Shown piece after piece: positions 1-13,287 of a stretch of DNA of 57,246 bases (position 1 is its first letter; every line of letters starts with the position of its first letter). The notes under the pieces are model-generated. The model was given only the letters and a program-made list of their open reading frames with translations, was not told where the DNA came from and did not search any database. Position numbers and translations under genes: made by a program. The stretch is from Octopus bimaculoides (taxonomy: Eukaryota), in contig NC_068982.1 of assembly GCF_001194135.2 (NCBI RefSeq), positions 89,248,081-89,305,326 of the forward strand, read 5' to 3'.

Positions 1-325
1 AACAAGCTTACAGTACGCACTTCTCGGTTGTTATTCTTGGGTGGAATAATACCGGTGTTATTTAATCTGTTTGTAATTTTTTTGTACATGGTGTTTTGGG
101 GTTCGGGGATGGTCTGATTTTGATGTAACACGTGTGTTTACGATCGCTGTGCGGGTAGTGGAGGTATCAAGTTAAAATACATCATTATATTTGGAAAAAT
201 AGAAATAAATTTCAATGGGTATTACTTACTCAGATATAGTCCAACCCTTTGTCAGCTATTTTTTGGCTCCATGCGATGTCTTTATTTCCGATGTTTTTGG
301 ATAAGTTTCAGAGCAGTGATTTATC

Positions 326-384
326 GTTCTCCCATGTTAAACATCCCCGGTGTTCTCCCATGTTAAACATCCCCGGTGTTCTCC
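326..384. repeat. 26-bp tandem duplication
   Basis: gttctcccatgttaaacatccccggt occurs at 326 and 352, followed by a partial third unit gttctcc. Confidence 0.9.
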
Positions 385-438
385 TTATTATTATTATGAT
401 TATTATTATTATTATTCGCCCCTGTGGCAATATATATA

Positions 439-466
439 ATCATCACCATCATCATCATCATTATCA

Positions 467-532
<66 letters not shown>
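439..532. repeat. (CAT)n/(ATT)n microsatellite
   Basis: Directly visible trinucleotide run adjoining the R4-like 3' end. Confidence 0.95.
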
Positions 533-533
<1 letters not shown>

Positions 534-1014
534 TTAATTACTTACTTTAATCTGCATGTATGTTACAGTTACTTGCCGAGCGACACCCAGTGTCCTGAGG
601 CAAGTGAAGGATAAGAGATGTTATACTGTGACTGAAAGCTTGGGAAGGAGAAGTAGTGAAATATTTTCATGTAATACAACACAGGGTTTTCCTAATGATG
701 TGGGCAATACTTGTCAGCACAATCTTTTGGATTTCTCTGAGAGATGGTTCTCTAGGATCTTATCTAGATGTTTCTGACATTCGTTTTTTTATCATACCTA
801 GGGCACCTACAATAACAGGAACAGTTCTCGTTTTAAGATCCCACATCATCTGTATTTCAATTTCCAGGGACTTATATATACTTAGCATGTCCAGTTCCTT
901 GACAGATATCGTTTTATCAGTGGGAACACTTACATCTATAAGTCTACAAGTATTTTCTTCCCTGTCTTCAATAATTATGTCTGGTCGATCAGCCTGGATC
1001 GTTCTGTCAAGTTC
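533..1014 (-). mobile_element. 5'-truncated R4/Dong-like non-LTR retrotransposon 3' end (restriction-like endonuclease domain plus 3' UTR)
   Basis: Translation DRTIQADRPDIIIEDREENTCRLIDVSVPTDKTISVKE...MWDLKTRTVPVIVGALG, continuing after a frameshift as EIQKIVLTSIAHIIRKTL. This matches the RPD..D-x-P / VP-x-x-x-GALG pattern of R4-clade RLE domains. The 3' end abuts an (ATT)n tract. Confidence 0.85.
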
Positions 1015-1151
1015 GCAACTGGTACTTAATTTATCGACCACAGAAGGATGAAAGGCAAAGTCAACCTCGGCGGAATTTGAACTCAGAACGTAAAGACAGA
1101 CGAAATACCGCTAAGCATTTCGCCCGGTGTGCTAACGTTTCTGCCAGCTCG
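1015..1151 (-). mobile_element. SINE family A (tRNA-like head), 3'-truncated
   Basis: Reverse complement reads CGAGCTGGCAGAAACGTTAGCAC...GTTCTGAGTTCAAATTCCGCCGAGG...GGTCGATAAATTAAGTACCAGTTGC, with A-box and B-box-like motifs. The same sequence recurs many times in the window. Confidence 0.9.
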
Positions 1152-1827
1152 TTGGGTTTATAGAATGAAAAAATGTACAACTACTGTGTTACCTTTTTTG
1201 CTCTGAAGTTCACTGTCTTCTTTAACACTAGTAAATCAGCTTCATTTTATTGCAAGTTACTTTAATTTCTCCGGTCTAAAAAGTATTCTAATTTTCTTAC
1301 TAAACTACTTGAGAATACTGAGTAGACTTTCAGACTATTCGCTGCAAACAACTTTAGTTAATCCATGAAGAAAAGATGGCCGATGAGCTTAATCTCTCCT
1401 CTACCCAGACAGTATACCGTCTTTTTTTTTTTTTATTAAACAATTTAAAATCAATAAGTATAAAATGAAATGAAGATCATGATTATTTTCTCTTCGAAAT
1501 ATCCGAGTAGAAGTTGACGCTTATAGTCACGGTGTAACTGTTAACTGTAAGAATTATCTCACGTTCCTTACTGTTGTATTTTTGAAGTTAACCATGTAGG
1601 ACCTTGTCAAAAGCATTCTTGCATTCCGTCCTCAATGCATATCACAAGTTCACTTTACGTAAGTTGTCAACACCAGTATTGTCTTGTTATTACGGACCTG
1701 GGCGATTGTCCCATGCATTTCTGCGTTCAACTCTTGTTTTACAAAAAATTGTTTTATTTGTACACGTTTAATAATCTTATTTGATATTATTTTGGAGAGC
1801 AATTTATAGATTAGTAGCAGGTAAAAG

Positions 1828-1863
1828 ATGAATCATTTGCTGGTCTTTTTTGTTGTCTTACTG
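1828..1863 (+). CDS. Candidate first coding exon with a signal-peptide-like sequence (MNHLLVFFVVLL)
   Basis: ATG, a hydrophobic run, then CTG|gtaagg donor. No convincing in-phase downstream exon was found. Confidence 0.2.
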
Positions 1864-2522
1864 GTAAGGAGCTATTGGGTATTAGTCTGAGAAGACAGTT
1901 GACAGTTGATGTCAGTTGCCTGGGAGCGCAATATGACAAACAGAAGCAACATTTTATATGTTGTCAATGTCAGAATTTTCCTACTACACGAAGCTGTTTA
2001 AAACAAGCCTTAAATCAGATACAATAATATTAAGGGAAGGTGGTTTTTAAATTTTTATTGTTTTATTTGTTGTTCTTGTTAGTGTTGTTGTTGTTGTTGC
2101 TGCTCTGACTTGTTTTCCATGAACAGTTATTAGTTTCCGTTATCAAGAATGAAGGTCCCAAAAGCATTGGTTTCTTACTACGTTTATTTGAAGAAAAATG
2201 GTTTTAGGATTTTAGACTTTCGAACATTGAAGTATTCACTTCTTTTATCTTAACTTGAAAAATAATAATTGTAGTTGGATATTTTTCTATATTTCCTTAC
2301 ATAATTATTCACCTGTTTATCAAATATTCTTTGTTTGGGGAACACGATGTTCAGCCATCGCAAAAATTCAACGGACACGAGAGAAGCACTGCAAAGCAAA
2401 GACGCGCCACTTGGCAGTACGACGTCATAAGACGATGCCGGTCGGCAGACTGATGCTTGAGGGTTGCATCAAGTGGGTTCTAGCAGCGGAAGCCTGAACG
2501 ACAACCGGTTTGTACCCCCTTG

Positions 2523-2558
<36 letters not shown>

Positions 2559-2773
2559 CATATATATATATATATATAATCATGTGTACGTATATAAAGT
2601 GTTATATAAATAGCAGTGCGTTGGTACATATATATATATACAAGCATACATACGTGCATACATATTTGTATGAGTATATTTGTGTGTCATATATATGTAT
2701 GTGTGCATGTATATATATATATATATGTACATATTTGCCTATAGGATGTGAAATTGCTAATAAGCCACCCATA

Positions 2774-2813
<40 letters not shown>

Positions 2814-3591
2814 NNNNNNNNNNNNNNNNNNNNNNNNNNNNNNNNNNNNNNNNNNNNNNNNNNNNNNNNNNNNNNNNNNNNNNNNNNNNNNNNNNNNNNN
2901 NNNNNNNNNNNNNNNNNNNNNNNNNNNNNNNNNNNNNNNNNNNNNNNNNNNNNNNNNNNNNNNNNNNNNNNNNNNNNNNNNNNNNNNNNNNNNNNNNNNN
3001 NNNNNNNNNNNNNNNNNNNNNNNNNNNNNNNNNNNNNNNNNNNNNNNNNNNNNNNNNNNNNNNNNNNNNNNNNNNNNNNNNNNNNNNNNNNNNNNNNNNN
3101 NNNNNNNNNNNNNNNNNNNNNNNNNNNNNNNNNNNNNNNNNNNNNNNNNNNNNNNNNNNNNNNNNNNNNNNNNNNNNNNNNNNNNNNNNNNNNNNNNNNN
3201 NNNNNNNNNNNNNNNNNNNNNNNNNNNNNNNNNNNNNNNNNNNNNNNNNNNNNNNNNNNNNNNNNNNNNNNNNNNNNNNNNNNNNNNNNNNNNNNNNNNN
3301 NNNNNNNNNNNNNNNNNNNNNNNNNNNNNNNNNNNNNNNNNNNNNNNNNNNNNNNNNNNNNNNNNNNNNNNNNNNNNNNNNNNNNNNNNNNNNNNNNNNN
3401 NNNNNNNNNNNNNNNNNNNNNNNNNNNNNNNNNNNNNNNNNNNNNNNNNNNNNNNNNNNNNNNNNNNNNNNNNNNNNNNNNNNNNNNNNNNNNNNNNNNN
3501 NNNNNNNNNNNNNNNNNNNNNNNNNNNNNNNNNNNNTATATATATACATATACATATATATATACATACATATATACATTATATATATATT

Positions 3592-3647
<56 letters not shown>

Positions 3648-4842
3648 CATATATACATATATATATGTGTGTGTGTGTGTATATACGATAGCATTGAGCG
3701 CTAGTGTGATTGTTTTCTAAGCCTTAATAATTCTTATTACAAGCAAGCAAACTTTATGTATTTCCCAAACTATGAATAATAATGATAATTATAATAACTG
3801 TTTGTTTATTTGCCACAAGGGCGTCAATTAAGGAGTAAATTACAAAGAAATAAATGTAAAAATGGTGGAAGCTTACATAAAATCAAGTGTGATAATAATA
3901 AAATATAATAGATCAGTATAATTTTGTGGTTATATATTGTTTTTATTAGTATACGTTGACTGAATGCGAAACAAAAAAAATTCAAAACGGTAATAACAAT
4001 ATTAATGAGAACATAGACATAGAAATAGGTAGACATTTTGTGCGTAATATGACCCAATAAATATTTCTTGTATACCCCGCACGGTTTAAATAATGAAAAA
4101 AAATGGTGAATTACATTTCTGTTTTTTTAATAAGTCAACAGGAAAATATATCACAACAATAAAACAAATCTCGTAATATTGATCATAACGTATTAGCTGA
4201 ATAAATATCAGTAACAAGAACAACGACTACTACAATATTGTGTGAGTATGTATGTGTGTGTGAATGTATTATATTTGTGTGTGTACGTATATATATATAG
4301 TATGTATGTATACATATATATATATAATACACAACAAATGTAACCTATTACAAACAACCAACGAACACTAAGTATAGTTTGAAAAAGACAGATGCCGTTT
4401 TGTAAAAATATACCAGACTTAATGTAAAGATTTTTTCTTTTGTTTTTCTTCCCTTTTGTATAATTTTTTATTTGATCGCAAAGTTAGTTTTGTTTGATTT
4501 CATGTTGGAAATTTTCCAAATGAGTCTTATATTTTCGATAAACAGCTGAAAGATAAATATATAAGAAATAAAATGAATAAATAAATTATATATTGCCAGA
4601 TGGTCAATATTTCTATAATTCCATCAAATATGATCCACCCTTGGTTTTGTGTGTGTAAGTGTGTGAGTGTGTGTATGTGTACGTGTACGTGAGTACGTGT
4701 ATATGTGTGTGTGGATGTTTATGTACAAATAAAGTCAAAGAGAGAGAGAGAGAGAGAGATAAATATATATATATGTATATTTATTAATATATACTATTTA
4801 TATGGACACAAACTTTCATGCAAATATATATATATATGACAG

Positions 4843-4879
4843 GAATTTTCAATGGCTGGATAACTGAAGAGATGTTAGC
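4843..4879 (+). CDS. Candidate micro-exon (GIFNGWITEEML in the only open frame)
   Basis: acag| acceptor and GC|gtgagt donor. The polypyrimidine tract is weak and no homology was recognised. Confidence 0.15.
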
Positions 4880-5253
4880 GTGAGTTCCCACCCCGGCATC
4901 CGAAAGTCGGAGTTTTATCATGGCTACCGAATAAGTGTCACATATTCTTACAGATAAATTCCTCTATTTACATAATATCGAGGTCTCTTTCTTTCTTTTG
5001 TTGTCCTTTCTATCAATATATCCACTTATACATATAAACATATATCTTCATATATACATATTCTATGTTTGTCTCTCTACCTCTATACGCATACATGAAC
5101 ACATGCATGTGAGCGCGCGCTTAAGCATGTTTATGCATATTATATGTGTGTGTGGATGTATCTGTGTGCGCACACATGCATGCACACACACACACATACA
5201 TGCATACATACACACATATTGATATATGTTCTTGTAGTCATATCTGTATGTTA

Positions 5254-5470
5254 CAAGGGGATGCTGAAAATTCCCTGGCTTTAAGAGTATCACGTAAAGC
5301 CTGGTCGGAGGCCCAAATTTATGAGTTCTTTTACAAGGCATAGAAAAACTGAAAGGACCGCTGCAACAAGTATGTGAATGTAAGAGGGGAATATGTTGAA
5401 TAAAGTCATAATTAACTGATCCTCTTATATTTTCTTTTACTCAAAGCCAGGAACTGTTCATCACCCCACC
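5254..5470 (+). mobile_element. Mariner-derived MITE
   Basis: Preceded by TA. Imperfect TIRs GGGGATGCTGAAAATTCCCTGGCTTT and AAAGCCAGGAACTGTTCATCACCCC. The interior translates as KDRCNKYVNVRGEYVE, resembling the mariner transposase C-terminus (RWxKCVxxxGxYVE). Confidence 0.8.
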
Positions 5471-6084
5471 CCCCACCCACCTACATATGAACTTACGAAT
5501 ACCCGTATTTACGCACATAGAGAAAGGATGCACAAGGAGAGTGGTAGAGAAATTTTGCTAATATGAAAAATCTTTCTGTCTGAGACAAACCAAGAACTAT
5601 ATATATAGTTTATTGGCATTAGCATTTATTTTATTCATTTTTTTTTTATATCTACTCATCTATCTATTTTTGATTGTTACTCTAATTCATTGTCTAAATT
5701 GACTAATAGCTAAGCCGTACACGTAATCAACTTCATAAACTTTGATTTATTAGAATTTTGTTACTAATTTCAATGACTTAGATATCTTAAAATAAATCTG
5801 TATTCATGTAATATTTTGTAAATCCAAATTGCTGCTCCTGTGTCATCTCGACTTTCTGTGATTAATCGCTTATTTATGTTATCACCTTAAAAAGAGGGCC
5901 ACTAATTTATATCGGACGATGTATGAGATTGTACAATGATCTTTCGTTTCTCAGAGTTCATTAGGAGCAAGTTTATCATCCGCAATAGAAGAAATCAGCT
6001 CCAAGACTTGACATGCAAGCATTTAACTTCCACTCTAAAACACGCCCAAATTCCTTCAGATTTCATATTCATGTTGATATTGCT

Positions 6085-6143
6085 GTTGCTACTAATGTTG
6101 TTGTTATTGCAAATGCTGTTGTTGTTGCTGCTGCTGCTATTGC

Positions 6144-6216
<73 letters not shown>

Positions 6217-6260
6217 GCTGTTGTTGTTGTTGCTGCTGCTGCTGCTGCTGTTACTGCTGC
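6085..6260. repeat. (GTT)n/(GCT)n microsatellite
   Basis: Visible run; it explains the poly-L, poly-V and poly-N ORFs. Confidence 0.95.
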
Positions 6261-6682
6261 TTAGTTCTGGTCCACTTTCTTCAAGTAATCTTATGACTGA
6301 AAACCATTCCAGATGTGCCCATCCCACCCTTTTTATCTAATGTAAAGCGCCTAACACTACATTATACAACGTGTCCTTCATTTTCTTAGACAGTAATGTG
6401 GAATTTGGACACAATTTTGTTCCTGTTTCATGGAGGTCGAACAACCACTAGAACCCCTTTTTTTAATTGTTTTGTTTCATCGATGAAGTACAAAAATGCC
6501 TTATGTTTAGGACTTGGAAAATAAGGAGTCGGAATTGTGGCATCCATAGCTTTCACAAAGGAAGTGATGTGAACTTCCTTCAACTAGGGATCGGAACCAG
6601 ATCGTATCCACATCTGATCGGGAATTTAATTCTTTATCTAAATCTATTAATATTTCTGATATATAAAATGATTTGATCTATT

Positions 6683-7093
6683 GGCGCAGGAGTGGCTGTG
6701 TGGTAAGTAGCTTGCTTACCAACCACATGGTTCCGGGTTCAGTCCCACTGCGTGGTACCTTGGGCAAGTGTCTTCTATTATAGCCTTGGGCCGACCAAAG
6801 CCTTGTGAGTGGATTTGGTAGACGGAAACTGAAAGAAGCCCGTCGTATATATGTATATATATATGTGTGTGTTTCTTTGTGTGTCTGTGTTTGTACCCCC
6901 AACATCGCTTGACATCCGATGCTGGTGTGTTTACGTCCCCGTAACTTAGCGATTCGGCAAAAGAGACCGATAGAATAAGTACTAGGCTTACAAAGAATAA
7001 GTCCTGGGGTCGATTTGCTTGACTAAAGGTGGTGCTCCAGCATGGCCGCAGTCAAATGACTGAAACAAGTAAAAGAGTAAAAGAGTAAAGAGA
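6683..7093 (+). mobile_element. SINE family B, full length (CORE-SINE-like)
   Basis: tRNA-like head GGCGCAGGAGTGGCTGTGTGGTAAG...GGGTTCAGTCCC, CORE-like ACCTTGGGCAAGTG, internal (TA)/(TG) tract, 3' end GGTGCTCCAGCATGGCCGCAGTCAAATGACTGAAACAAGT and an (AAAGAGT)n tail. Confidence 0.9.
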
Positions 7094-8265
7094 GACTATT
7101 AGCTAAGGTACTCCAGCCATGACTCTTCCGTCATCTTAGGAGTATGTATGAGAAGAAGATTTATCTAAAGTGTCCTCTCCTATAACAATCTCCTAAAATA
7201 ACATCGATAAGATTTGGGAGAGATTTGGTTGTTATATCTAGCAGGTCAAGCAACGACGCGGTAACTTTCACTTTGGCTTTGTTGTTTTTGTTCTTGTTAT
7301 TGTTGCTATTGTCATTCTTGTTGTAGCTGTTTTTGTTGCTGTTTATGCGTTGTTTTTGGTAGATTGAAGCAAAACTCAGAATGTTTCTAAAGCACCAGAA
7401 GCACGAAAGCTGCTTTTCAAAAAATCTCGGAGAGATTTAAACTCGTTTCTAAAAAGGACAAACAAAAATATTGTAATGCATTTAGATGTATTTAGTACGG
7501 TAATCTGCAAACATGATTATCTCCACGCATCATTACTTTCTTGTCTTTTAAAATAAATTAATAATTGTGTTTTGACATTTCTTTATATTATTCTACGTGT
7601 TTGCAACTCGCAATCTCAACTCATGCCTTGCAACTAAAACTCTTGCATTCTTGTAGGTGCTTGACATTTTAAAACAAACATGAATTATATTAACTTTACT
7701 TTTGTGTTTTCACTTCTGTATATCATCTAACACAATCTCTTCTGGTACATTTACGAATTGGTCACTAATTTCAGGTAAACAAAACTGTACACTATCAGAT
7801 ATATCTTATTTTCAATGGCCGATGCGATCCTACCACGATCTAAGTGAATTTTCCCAACAAATGGTTGCTACCAGAAGCAACGAAGTATAAGAAAAATACA
7901 TTTGCATTATCTGATTATTTCTTGCACCAAGACTATGAGTGAGAAATTGTGATGTCATAAATTGCTTCCCTTTGATATGTTTTATACGATTCTATAGATA
8001 TTCCAGTTCAAAACGATAGTCCATTATATATTTTATCTCGTTTTAGTTGAATAAATATTGAATATCTTTTTAAGATCAAAACCTAAGTTTGGGAGATTTT
8101 TTTTTCTTTTCCTGGGAAAGAGAAAGAGAGTGGAGGTGGTGGCTAGGATTTACATACAGCTACCTCGACACCAGTAGAGCATTGATCTTCAAACAGTGAA
8201 TGACAAAGGTCGAATTTTGTCAGGATTCAAGATCAGTAATATCGGGTTCCATACCTGATATCTAA

Positions 8266-8317
<52 letters not shown>

Positions 8318-8931
8318 NNNNNNNNNNNNNNNNNNNNNNNNNNNNNNNNNNNNNNNNNNNNNNNNNNNNNNNNNNNNNNNNNNNNNNNNNNNNNNNNNNN
8401 NNNNNNNNNNNNNNNNNNNNNNNNNNNNNNNNNNNNNNNNNNNNNNNNNNNNNNNNNNNNNNNNNNNNNNNNNNNNNNNNNNNNNNNNNNNNNNNNNNNN
8501 NNNNNNNNNNNNNNNNNNNNNNNNNNNNNNNNNNNNNNNNNNNNNNNNNNNNNNNNNNNNNNNNNNNNNNNNNNNNNNNNNNNNNNNNNNNNNNNNNNNN
8601 NNNNNNNNNNNNNNNNNNNNNNNNNNNNNNNNNNNNNNNNNNNNNNNNNNNNNNNNNNNNNNNNNNNNNNNNNNNNNNNNNNNNNNNNNNNNNNNNNNNN
8701 NNNNNNNNNNNNNNNNNNNNNNNNNNNNNNNNNNNNNNNNNNNNNNNNNNNNNNNNNNNNNNNNNNNNNNNNNNNNNNNNNNNNNNNNNNNNNNNNNNNN
8801 NNNNNNNNNNNNNNNNNNNNNNNNNNNNNNNNNNNNNNNNNNNNNNNNNNNNNNNNNNNNNNNNNNNNNNNNNNNNNNNNNNNNNNNNNNNNNNNNNNNN
8901 NNNNNNNNNNNNNNNNNNNNNNNNNNNNNNN

Positions 8932-8980
<49 letters not shown>

Positions 8981-9619
8981 TGTAAGCATGTTAAAAATCC
9001 TTATATTCGATTGTAAATAACACCGACGAACTTTGGAATCGGTGAGCCGATTCGAGGACTGTGTGTTTGATTATCTGTTATGACCATTTCACTTCACAAA
9101 TTATTATATGCAAATGTAGGTTCGGCAATGGGTGATGAAGAATAAAAGGAAATTGTACCGTACCATTTGCATACGCTTGAAATTCACATCTCGCTATAAC
9201 TGACTGTCTGTCATGAAATGGTGCCAGTTCTATTGACTACATATTACATGAGTAGCATTTTATTAATATGGGAACGTGCACGCAAGCACGCACGCACGCA
9301 CGCACATATATGTCTATATCCATTATGTTCGTATACGGAAAACGTTTTTGAGTACTCATTTACAAGCTCCTGAACAAAGACTCACCTGATGTCCAGTGAT
9401 ATTATAGATTGGATTGTAATCATCCCAGGTATGCAGTCAAAAGTATAGGATTTGTGGAAACGAGCGTAGAGATGCATTAAAATATTTATAAATAGCATCC
9501 ATGGATTATTTTATTATTATCAATAACATTAATGCGCTAACTTTTTGTTTTTGTAGTGCCTGTTGTGTGCGTCACACTTACTTCAAAGATGTGGCAAAGC
9601 GAGAGAGAAGAGGACAGAG

Positions 9620-9900
9620 AGGAAGTGAGAGAGAAAGAGAGTGAAAGAGAAAGGGAGAGTGAGAGAGTGAAAGCGACAGTGACTGTTGACGGCGTTCGTT
9701 TTGTTTTTAAATATTTCAGAGAGGCAGTAAGAGAGAAAGAGAGAGAGAATGAAAGAGATAGTGAGTGGTGGCGGTGTTCGTTTTGTCTTTTTAAATGTTT
9801 CAAAGAGGACGTAAGGGAGAAAGAAAGAGAGTGAGAGAGAGAGAAAAAGAGAGAGTGAAAGAGACAGTGAGTGGTGACGGCGTTCATCGCAAGAGAAGTA
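9620..9900. repeat. GA-rich complex tandem repeat with a conserved core
   Basis: Three units of about 90-110 bp share gaaagagacagtgagtggtgacggcgttcgttttgt; a partial fourth copy lies near 10240-10290. Confidence 0.7.
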
Positions 9901-11014
9901 GATACATATATACATATACACATTGTTAAATCAAAAGCGGGAGAGAAAAGGGACACAAAATAAGTGAAAGAAAAAGAGAGAAACTGAAAGAGACAGTAGA
10001 TAGATAAATCCAACGAAAAGTTCATACATAGATACATACACACAGCAAATATTGGATGTCAATTTCACTTTTCATTACCACACGAGGATAAAATTAACTC
10101 ACAAATGGCTGAGTACTCCACAGACATGCATAACATTAACGTAGTTCTCAAGGAGAGTCAGCCTCACACAGAATAAGACAAGGCTGGCCCCTTTGAATTA
10201 CAGCTACAACTCGAGACATATATATATATTTGAGAGAGGAGTGAGTGGTGACTCAAAGGAAGGTAGTGTTTGTTTTGTGTTTTCAACCACAGCAAATATT
10301 GGATACCATATCCTAAACAATAGCTGTCTAATACATTCGTATATGTTTTTCAATTGAAACATTGAATCATTTTGGACATTTATTGTTTTAATAAAAAAAA
10401 CTAAGAGAGAAAGAGAGAAAGTGAGAGAGAAATAGAGAAAGTGAGAGAGAAAGAGCTTGAAGACACACCTAAAGCAATTCCAGTCGGTATCAAAGCAGTA
10501 GGTAGGAAGAGAGAGAGAGAGAGGTGAAGACTCCGTTGTGGACTATCTGACATTTCCTGTCTATATGTCTGCCTCTCCCTCTAGGTATGCGTTTGTGTAT
10601 GTGTGTGCATGTATGTGTTTATTTCTATGTATATGATTGTGCGCGTTGCCGTTTTGAATTCCTTTCTGCGACTGACCTTAAACAGCTATTAAAGGCCCAA
10701 CCACCCGCACACGCGTGTGCTCACACAGTTACATACACATTTGTCTTAACCTATTTCAACTGCAGCCATACACTAAAAAACATGGTGTTTTGCTCCAAAA
10801 TATTTAGATTTTGAATTTGCCTTCATTATAAAATTACACTTCAGCTAAAAAACATCTTTTGGCTTTGGAATACAACGTTGTCTTTTCCTTTCTGGCTAAT
10901 TTGTTGATGTGTCATCATTACTCATTTACATTAAGATCGGGGAATTAGTTAGGGCCCCGCTGGATCTCTCTCGGCATACCAGCAAGCCACAAAATCGCAC
11001 CAGCCAACATCACC

Positions 11015-11275
11015 ACTACCTCCAAGCCCGTCATATGTGTGTATGTATGTATGTATGTATGTATGTGTTTGTGTCTGTATTTGTCTCACCACAACCATTG
11101 CTTGACAACCGATGCTGGTGCGTTAGTGTCCCTGTAATTTAGCTGTTCAGCAGAAGAGACTGATAGAATAAGCACCAGCTTACAGGGAATAAGTCCAGGG
11201 GTCAATTTCTTCGACTAAAGTTTGGTGCTCCTGCATGGCGACCGTCAAATAACTGAAACAAGTAAAAGAATAAAA
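11015..11275 (+). mobile_element. SINE family B, 3' portion
   Basis: Same body and tail as 6683-7093 (gcttgacaaccgatgctggtg...actgaaacaagtaaaagaat). Confidence 0.85.
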
Positions 11276-11447
11276 TGCCAGAGAAACGTTCTGTAACACT
11301 AAACCAAGAAGGTTCTTTGAATATGTACAATAGATTTTAAGGTTAAATAGTAATTCTGTTTACGTTTGTGTAACTGAGATATTTTGGTTGGATTATATTG
11401 TCATTGGTGTTACGTTACTTTCTATATTCTGTAACTGTCACAATATA

Positions 11448-11701
11448 CTTTTCTAGGCATGAAATTTTTGTGGGGAGAGGGCTAGTTGATTAGATCGACC
11501 CTAGAACACAACTGTACTTAATTTATCGACCCTGAAAGGATGAAAGGCAAAGTCGACCTCGGCAGAATTTGAACTCAGAACATAAGCACAGAGAGTCATA
11601 ATATACAAACATTTCTCATGGCACAGGTACACTGTTTTCAGATGCTTACACTTTTTATGTTTTCGTGAATCTTTCGCGGGTTCAGCTAGTGATTATTATT
11701 G

Positions 11702-11789
<88 letters not shown>

Positions 11790-12032
11790 TATTATTATTA
11801 TTATTATTATTGTTATGGTCATCATCAGGCGGCGAGCTAGCAGAATCGTTAGCACACCGGGCGAAATGCTTAACGGTATTTCGTCTGCGGCTACGTTCTT
11901 CTGAGTTCAAATTCCGCCGAGGTCGATCTTGCTTTTCATCCTTTCGGGGTCGATAAATTAAGTACTAGTTGATGTAATCGACAATTCTCTTCCCCCAAAT
12001 ATCAGGCCTTGTTCCTTCAGTTGAAAGGAATA
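11448..12032. mobile_element. Two family A SINEs: 11448-11585 (-) and 11828-12032 (+), separated by a (CAT)n/(ATT)n tract
   Basis: Both match family A; the plus copy is full length and ends in (ATT)n. Confidence 0.85.
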
Positions 12033-12408
12033 TTATTATTATCATTATTATTATTATTATTATTGTAGNNNNNNNNNNNNNNNNNNNNNNNNNNNNNNNN
12101 NNNNNNNNNNNNNNNNNNNNNNNNNNNNNNNNNNNNNNNNNNNNNNNNNNNNNNNNNNNNNNNNNNNNNNNNNNNNNNNNNNNNNNNNNNNNNNNNNNNN
12201 NNNNNNNNNNNNNNNNNNNNNNNNNNNNNNNNNNNNNNNNNNNNNNNNNNNNNNNNNNNNNNNNNNNNNNNNNNNNNNNNNNNNNNNNNNNNNNNNNNNN
12301 NNNNNNNNNNNNNNNNNNNNNNNNNNNNNNNNNNNNNNNNNNNNNNNNNNNNNNNNNNNNNNNNNNNNNNNNNNNNNNNNNNNNNNNNNNNNNNNNNNNN
12401 NNNNNNNN

Positions 12409-12493
<85 letters not shown>

Positions 12494-13287
12494 GTGTGTG
12501 TGTGTGTGTACATAGATAGATAGGTAGATAGATAGATTCTTACATACATACAAACATACATACATACATACATACATACATACATACATACATACTTACA
12601 TACATGTATGCATACATAATATACAGCTAATGAATGCAGAATTGCTAATTTGACCAATAACACCCACTTAATTGGCAGAAATAGCAGAGACCTAATATAA
12701 GCTATCAGAACGTAAAATATAATTTATTGGAAAGAATATGTATGCGTATGTATGTGTGTGTGTGTGTATGTATATGTATATATATATATACACACGCACA
12801 CACACGTGTGCGTGCGTGCGCGAATGTATGTGTTTGTGCACATATGTATGTATACAAAAATACATATGTATGTGTAAGTATACAAAAAACAAACAGTTCT
12901 TTCATCAACCAATTACTATTACAGTATGACACTCTAAAGGCGAATTATCAAAAATTTACAATTCTAACGTGATAAGTGTCCTTACAAGTAAGCATATATC
13001 AGCATTTGTTTGAACTGTTTAATACTTTAGTCAAAATAGCTGAATCGCTCCACTTCAAAAATGCTTTATCAGCAGTCAATAGGATGTAATGATTTCTGAT
13101 ACAGATATGATGCGGGAAATGTTGATAGGAGAATAAATGAGGAACTGGGATGCTCTTAACCTTTTTAACGTTAAGTGGCACTATGCGCATTTATTTTTCC
13201 AGTTTGGTATCTAAAACCACGATGTAGAGTCGATTTGCTGAAAAATTACGGTCTAACTTAAGCCTTCTCAATATTATTAACTGTGTT

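Noticed and set aside
2510-3704. Long ORFs of 230-400 aa here and at 8189-9020, 23504-24553, 33073-34302, 36493-37299 and 39640-40244
   Set aside because: They are open only because they span N-gaps and dinucleotide microsatellites.
5936-6340. Poly-L, poly-V, poly-N, poly-S, poly-D and poly-K ORFs here and at 11665-11956, 22315-22997 and 28939-29670
   Set aside because: Translations of trinucleotide microsatellites with no coding context.
6683-6760. tRNA-like sequences at SINE heads
   Set aside because: They have A/B boxes but no complete cloverleaf and continue into SINE bodies, so they are not tRNA genes.
7657-7774. Good acceptor, MNYINFTFVFSLLYII hydrophobic start and a downstream donor
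   Set aside because: An in-frame stop follows 16 codons, and rescue would need an unsupported frameshift.
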